64,000 nt of DNA from Eledone cirrhosa (taxonomy: Eukaryota): the NCBI GenBank assembly GCA_964016885.1, contig OZ024747.1, positions 66,774,001 to 66,838,000 on the forward strand. The letters run 5' to 3'. Below are positions 57,772 to 64,000 of this stretch, piece after piece. The position numbers were made by a program, and so were the translations under genes. The notes under the pieces were generated by a model, which was not told where the DNA came from, ran no database searches, and saw only the letters and a list, made by a program, of their open reading frames with translations. The number at the start of each line of letters is the position of its first letter. The stretch's first letter is position 1.

Positions 57772-59607
57772 CTATTTTGGTGTTGAAAGTGAAGAAAGAA
57801 AAGCACTTACCTCTCCGGGTTGCGTAATTTCCATGGCATCAGGTGTGTTGGGTGGAGGGATGTTTTGTGGTGGTGTGGGGGTACACGTGTGTGGTGGGGT
57901 TGGGGTATTTGGAGTTGTGTCAGGGAGAGGGGCGGTTATGGGGAAATCTTTCAAGAGGACGCGATTCAACGGTTTTAAACAGGGGGGGCTCACGTCCCGT
58001 CTAAATTGTTCTTTTAAGGAACGATAAAGGTCCAGAGGGACCTTTATCATTTTTAAATGGGTGAAGTTCTCTGTTGAGATAAAGTTTGGCCCTTCGGTCT
58101 GCACCATAGGGTTATTGTTTATTAATTTAACCAGTTTTTTGTTTTCTTTATTTATATATGTGTATTGCAACGTCTTTTTTTGTGATGCTGTCAATGTTTC
58201 GGAGAGGGGAGGCGCAGATTTATTTTTGTTTGTTGAGGGTGGGGTGTTTTTGATTGGAGTTGGTGTTTGTGTGTGGGTTATTTGTGGTGTGCTGGGTGTG
58301 TGTTTTCTTTTTTTCTTTTAACTTGTCTGAAGGCTTCTCCTCCTTCTTCTTCAGAAGTTGGGGGAAACTCTTCAGCGCTAGGTGGGAGGGACGTGTTGTG
58401 TGGTTGTTTTTTTTTTGCGGGAGGGGTAGATTTGTTACTGTTTTTTTTATTATTTGTTTGGAATGGGTTTTGTGGTGGTGGTGGTGGTAATGTTTGTGTC
58501 GTGCTTGTGGTTGGTAATGGTGGTGGTGATGTTTGTGTTGTGGTTGGTGGTGGTGATTTTTGTGTCGTGCTTGTGTTTGGTGCTGGTGGTGGTGATGTTT
58601 GTGTTGTGTTTGTGGTTGGTGGTGTCTGTATTTTGTTTGCTGTGTGTGGTATTAGTGTATTTTTGGAGGTGGGTGGTGCTGGTGTACTGTTTGTGGTGGG
58701 TGTGGGCAATAGTCCTTTTTGGGGGATACGTTTCGGGCAGTTAGCCTTAACGTGTCCCCTTTCCATGCATAAATAGCATGCTGGTCTTCTCCCCTCTACA
58801 ATTATGTCTATTGGGGTAAGGTCATCCAGCCAGATGCGATCCGGGATTTGTGCTATTCTTTCGGGCCTCATTTGGACTAGTATGTCGAGGCCCATTCCCA
58901 GGAACGCATCTCCAGTTGCCTTCCCCATTGACAGCATAGTGTCTTCGCCCATATCAATGAAGCCAGCAATAGCCCACCAGAAGTCCATTGTGGGCAGCAT
59001 TGTTTTTACTTTTATTCTCTGTGTTCTTCTACCCATGTAGGAGGGATAGAAGCTATATGTTGTCGACGAGAGTGGGCTTAGGGAAAGCTGAACCGCCGTT
59101 TCTTTGTCTCTTGTTAGGACCGAAATGCTGCCATAGAGTCGGTCCTTTCGTATGAAGAGAATATTCTTCATATAGTCTTTTAGGACTAACTCTATTTCCA
59201 TTTGGCTGGGCTGTGCTGGCTTTCTTGACTGGTTTAGTATAGTTCTGTATATAACTGTGTTTTCTGCTCTGGCTTTCTTGAATTCTGGGGGGGGAGTTAA
59301 TGGAAAACATTCCGTTCTCCCCCAAAACAATATGTTTCTTTGCTTCGGCCAGTTTTTCTCTGGCGGCAGTTAGGTCAATTGGTGTGTATGTAATGGATTG
59401 CTTTGTTTTCTGGGCGAAAGTTGCCCTGTCGTTATTTGTATTATTTTCTGTTTGTTTGTTTTCTGTTTGCTCATTTTCCTTAACATTTGTTTTTTCATTT
59501 TGTTTGTTTGTTTCAATGTCTAATTTTGTTGTAATTATTTTTTGTTCTTCAGACTTGGGGGGCGTGGCAGAGCTAATGGCAGACATGTCTGCCATCTTTT
59601 CCGCCAT
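57772..59607 (-). pseudogene. Tx1-like ORF1 (gag-like, CCHC knuckle, Pro/Thr-rich tail) broken by two frameshifts
   Basis: Pieces 59053-59634, 58278-59330 and 57772-58194; IIVEGRRPACYLCMERGHVKANCP. Confidence 0.85.
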
Positions 59608-59847
59608 GCTGCCAAGAAAGAAATTTTTCGGCAAAAATAGATATTTATTTTACCCCCTAAAAAGGGGGTAAATGCAAAAATGTTTCCCTAAATAACAGGG
59701 GTTAGTGTTCCAAATGTGTTGCACTAAAAAATTTATGCGGTACTTACAATAGTAAGGGTAAATCCCGATGGAATAGCGGAGCCGATGCGAAGCGTGTCTT
59801 ACTCTATCAAGATAGATAGATAGATAGATAGATAGATGGATAGATAT

Positions 59848-60855
59848 GTTTCTTGATTAGCCACAGGGGCACAAAAGAAGGGGACAAATACAAAGGGGGA
59901 AGTTTACATACAATAAAAACGTGTAAAATGTTATCACAAATGCAATTTCAAAAGTTAGTCGATTTTCCCCAATACGGGGAGACAGTTTATATGGGTAACA
60001 CATACCCCCGAAAAAAATGTGCAACCCTCATCTCCAGGAGTACGAAAAGTTTGTACTCCTTTCCTCTCCTACTCCTTTTCCTCAACCTACAGGCTGATAT
60101 AGAGAGAAGGCCCATTCACTCGGGCCATTCTCACCACTTTCACCCACCTTTCATAAAACTTGCTGGGGTACAGCACCTCTCTCTCCATCCTGATTCTTCT
60201 TCCAAAGTGGTATTTGAAAAAAAGAATCAGTTGTTGGCCGGAGAGAAAGGTGTCCGACCTCAGCCCTTTCAACCTTGTCCACCATACAACCTCTTTCGCC
60301 ATAGCTATCACACAAAGGAAAACCGCCTCTCCTTCGTTTTTGAAGGTGGGTGGCGGTTTGATCATGACAATGGACTCGGTGGTCAACCGGATTGGTCCCA
60401 CCCGCGACAATAGTCGTTCTACATAGCCCCACAGGTCAGTGACGCCCGGGCAGTGTATGAATGCGCGCGCGACGGTTTCTTCGTCTCGCACGCACCTCGG
60501 ACAGATCTTTTTTGCAGGGTCCCTGCCCGGGCGCCCATGTCTGTAGAGCTTGTCTCGAACTGGTAGAGCTCCTCGGTAGCACTGCCAGGCCAGGGACTTT
60601 TGGAAGTTGTCCATCGGTCCCGGGCGGAAGGTCCTACCGAACAGACTGGCCAGTTCATCTTCCTCTACGCCTAGAGTTTCACCGAGCGCGTAGTCGCACT
60701 TGCTGCGGATCAACCCTCTATAGAATGACGAAGTAGAGTCTCCACTGATCGCCGGGTTCGCTTGCCAGAGGGCTGTGAGCGCCTGAGCACATTCGATGTG
60801 CCAGTCGCCCATTTTCCTCGGTCTTTGCTTGACCCAGGACTGCAGCTCGGTCAGC

Positions 60856-60857
<2 letters not shown>
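59848..60857 (-). mobile_element. 5'-truncated sister Tx1-like copy between GATA arrays
   Basis: ORF 60087-60812 is a diverged homologue of the ORF2 C-terminus and shares the 3' end GGGCACAAAAGAAGGGGACA; (GATA)n at 60856-60916. Confidence 0.93.
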
Positions 60858-60917
<60 letters not shown>

Positions 60918-62774
60918 AGGAGGAAGAGAGAGAAAGAATGAGAGAGTTGCATAGATAGCTATATAGATAAATAGATAAATAGATAGATAGATAGAGAGCC
61001 GGCGATGGGAGGAGATTTAATTAGCTAGTTAGATACATAGATAAATAAATAGAAAAAGAAAGAGGGAAATTGAGAAAGAAGAGGTACACTTATTAGAGTA
61101 TAAGTTGATCAAGCTGATATAAGCTATTACTTTCAATTTTATAGCCTTTTCAAGTGATAGAATTCATTTCAAATAATTATTTTTAACGTAGGCATAAGGT
61201 TAGGAGTTTCGGAGAGGGGGTTAATTATATCGATCACTGTACTTGATTGGTACTTATTTTATTTAACCATGAAGGGTGAAAGACAGGTGACATCGGCAAA
61301 ATTTGAACTCAGAACTTTACGAGTCAGAATAAATGCCGTAAAGCATTTTATCCAATGTTCATTTCAAATAATAACATTTAATGTTGCCTCATTAATATAA
61401 GTTTGCATGATTGTATTCCCAGTTCGTGTTTGAAGGCCGGTGATTCAGCATATCACTCAAACCACTGAAACAGTGTCATAATTCACACAAAGCAGATATT
61501 TACCAACAGAACGCGACAAATTTAATTTCACGAGCCAGTTGTTCCGTTCAACGAACAGCTTGAATACTCATCTTCAAAATCGATGGTTGTTTGTCCATTT
61601 TATTCCAGGTTATATGAAGAAGTTCTGAATCCGTTCCAATATTCGAATCTCCCTCTGGCAGAAAGAAACTGTGGTCAAACTTCGAAAGTAATGGAAGGGT
61701 GCTGCTAGGTTCAAAATGCACAAAATACGCCGTATGCCACGACATCGCGGCTGTGATTCCATTAAGAGCGAAATCATTAGAGGTAAAAAATCAGTGATAT
61801 TTGAACATATGGAATTTTAGAAATATATATTTGAAGCGATTCTGACTCCAGGATTTTGAATATTTTCAAATAACCCTTCACGATTCTACGGGAATCTTAT
61901 CCTTCATTGTGACACAATGCTGAAGGAACAGTATTACTTGCTACAAATCTATATATGTCCTTGTCTTGTTATTTCTACAATTGTTTTTGTCATCATTGTT
62001 ATTGCTGTCTTTCTATTTGTTAGAATTTTGTTTTTGCTGCTGCTGCTGTTGTTGTTATTGTTGTTGTAGTTGTTGTTGTTTGTTGATGTTGTTGTTGTTG
62101 TTCTTCTTCTTCTTCTTCTTCTTCTTCTTCTTCTTCTTCTTCAAGTTGTCAGTATTGGTGCAACACTTTATTATACCTCCTCTCCCTCTCCCTGTCTACA
62201 CATATGCTGATGCTCACACGCATATGCAAACACACACATGCACACACAAATATATATATATATAAGTAAAAATATATATATATATAAGTAAAAAACAAAT
62301 AACAAAAACAATAACGAAGAGTGCAGTACAAACAGTGTTATATATATATAACTACTGGTTCCATGTTACATAAGATAAGGTCTTCAGTTTTCATGTGGTC
62401 ACAAAAAGACGACAGAAATATATTAAGATATAGGAGACCATGGAAGACGTATACTGAATATTACGTATTTATATTTAACACAGAGACTGTGGAAGGAAAG
62501 GATGAAAGAGAGGGGGGGGGGCAAACAAAGAGAAAGAGAGAAAGAGAGAAAGACAGATAGAGATAAAGAGGGAGAGAAAGAACGAGAGAAATGGCCTTAT
62601 TAACCCGTATCTTCTCGCCATTTGTATTTCAATCTTGTATATAAAGTATTGCCTTATATATTTTTCCCAGAGTACCAGCAGAAAGTGGAATATTCCTAGC
62701 GTATATTTCCCACTTTTACAATGTTAGGTTTCGGTATAATTCATATATATACTGCAATGTTGCAATGCATTGCG

Positions 62775-62930
62775 TAGCTTGTAATGCAGAATTGTAGTGC
62801 TTGTAATGCAGAGCTTGTAATGCTGTGCTTTTTAATATGGTGCTGGAGTACAGTGCTTGTAATGCACAGCTTGTAATGCTGTGCTGTTAATATGGTGCTG
62901 GAGTACAGTGCTTGTAATGCAGAGCTGTTT
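62775..62930. repeat. Minisatellite (GCTTGTAATGC-based, ~57 bp higher-order unit)
   Basis: Repeated GTGCTTGTAATGCA.AGCTTGTAATGCTGTGCT..AATATGGTGCTGGAGTACA. Confidence 0.85.
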
Positions 62931-63075
62931 ACACACATCTTAAATTATTTTATCTCTCTACTTCATCTCACTAACTTGGAAACAGCTGTTGTCTTCTATG
63001 TGTGTGTGCGTGTGTGTGTGAATGACTGTGTGGACGTTTATGTGACTGTGTGTGTGTTGTGTGTTGTGTATGCGT

Positions 63076-63115
<40 letters not shown>

Positions 63116-64000
63116 TGTTGGTAGTTTTACGTGCTGAGTTGTATATGACTGTTGTACATTTTGTGAGTTATCGGTGTTGGATGTATGAATATGATGTGTA
63201 AGTTGTGTGTATTGTGTAGTGTGTGTGTGTTGCATGCGTTTGTTGCATGTGCTGTATGCGTCTGTTGTATGTATGTGTTGCAAGTGTATAATATATTCAT
63301 GTGTAATGCGTGGTGTGTGTGTGTGTTGTGTATGCTGTATGAGGAGAGTGCAGTGTGTTTGGCTGAGATCTCATATATGTGTATATATATCACTGTGGAC
63401 TTTTCTACATATGTATGTGTGTGTAACTGTGTGGTGTATGTGTGTGTATAATTGTATGGTGTATGTTTAAGTGTGTGTTAATATATGTATGTGTGTTATG
63501 CAGTGTTTATGTATGACATCACCTATATATCTTTGCAGATATTACTATAAGTGAGTGTGTGTGTGTTGTGTGTAGTACGTGGTGTATACATGTTGAGTAT
63601 GAAAGTGTGTAGGCGTATGTGTAAACTTGTATGTATGTGTGTATGCACAAAAGTATGTATGTGAGTGTGTATATTGTGTATCTTGAGGTGTATGGTGTGA
63701 GTGTGTGTATTGTACATGCAGGAATGTGGATCTGTATGCATGTTTGCCCAAAGGCTTGTAAGTGTATGTGTGTAATATGCATGCAGGAGTGTGTATATGT
63801 ATATGTGATGTGCATGTGTAAGGCGTATATAGAGTATGTGTCGCGCATTACACGTACGCCTGTATGCTTATGTAGAAGTTTACACGTGTTTGTATGTGTG
63901 TGTTTGATATATATGAGGTAGTGTATATGTGAGTATATTCGCACGCATGCGTGTGTCCGTGGTGTTTATGCGTGTATATGTGTGTTTATATGCGTATGTA

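Larger units (their letters stand above)
54104..59809 (-). mobile_element. Full-length Tx1-like (L1 clade) non-LTR retrotransposon inserted in (GATA)n
   Basis: 5' UTR, ORF1 with CCHC knuckle, ORF2 APE-RT-zf and short 3' UTR; GATA arrays at 54045-54102 and 59810-59845. Confidence 0.95.

Noticed and set aside
61609-61687. Possible host exon after the acceptor-like TTTTATTCCAG (LYEEVLNPFQYSNLPLAERNCGQTSK)
   Set aside because: Weak donor, no recognisable homology and no partner exons; needs RNA-seq.

Overview
Repeat-saturated, gene-poor eukaryotic DNA. The SINE bodies and the (TA)n/(TG)n/(TATG)n/(GATA)n density suggest Octopus, which is an inference. No host protein-coding gene is supported, and most ORFs in the track are translated microsatellites. 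The real coding content is retrotransposon-derived: a near full-length but frameshifted R4/Dong-like RT-REL LINE (1-4047) with a second truncated copy, a Tx1-like L1 with an intact 1143-codon ORF2 and a sister copy, RTE fragments, several Penelope-like element (PLE) RT/GIY-YIG fragments and a decayed mariner. The main structure not shown by the ORF track is RNA-level. About 20 hammerhead ribozyme (HHR) motifs from roughly 7 repeat families can be folded by eye. Two families carry a compensatory U3:A8 core (UUGANAA). One of these is a non-coding 590-595 bp head-to-tail unit that looks like a retrozyme able to release a monomeric or circular RNA. Many palindromes are fold-back duplications of element 3' ends, centred in or next to the HHR. 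Each retroelement family sits in its own microsatellite type: Tx1 in GATA, R4 in CATA, Dong-like in TAA, an RTE-derived SINE in TATG and PLEs in TA. All ribozyme folds and clade assignments were made by eye and need computational and biochemical confirmation.
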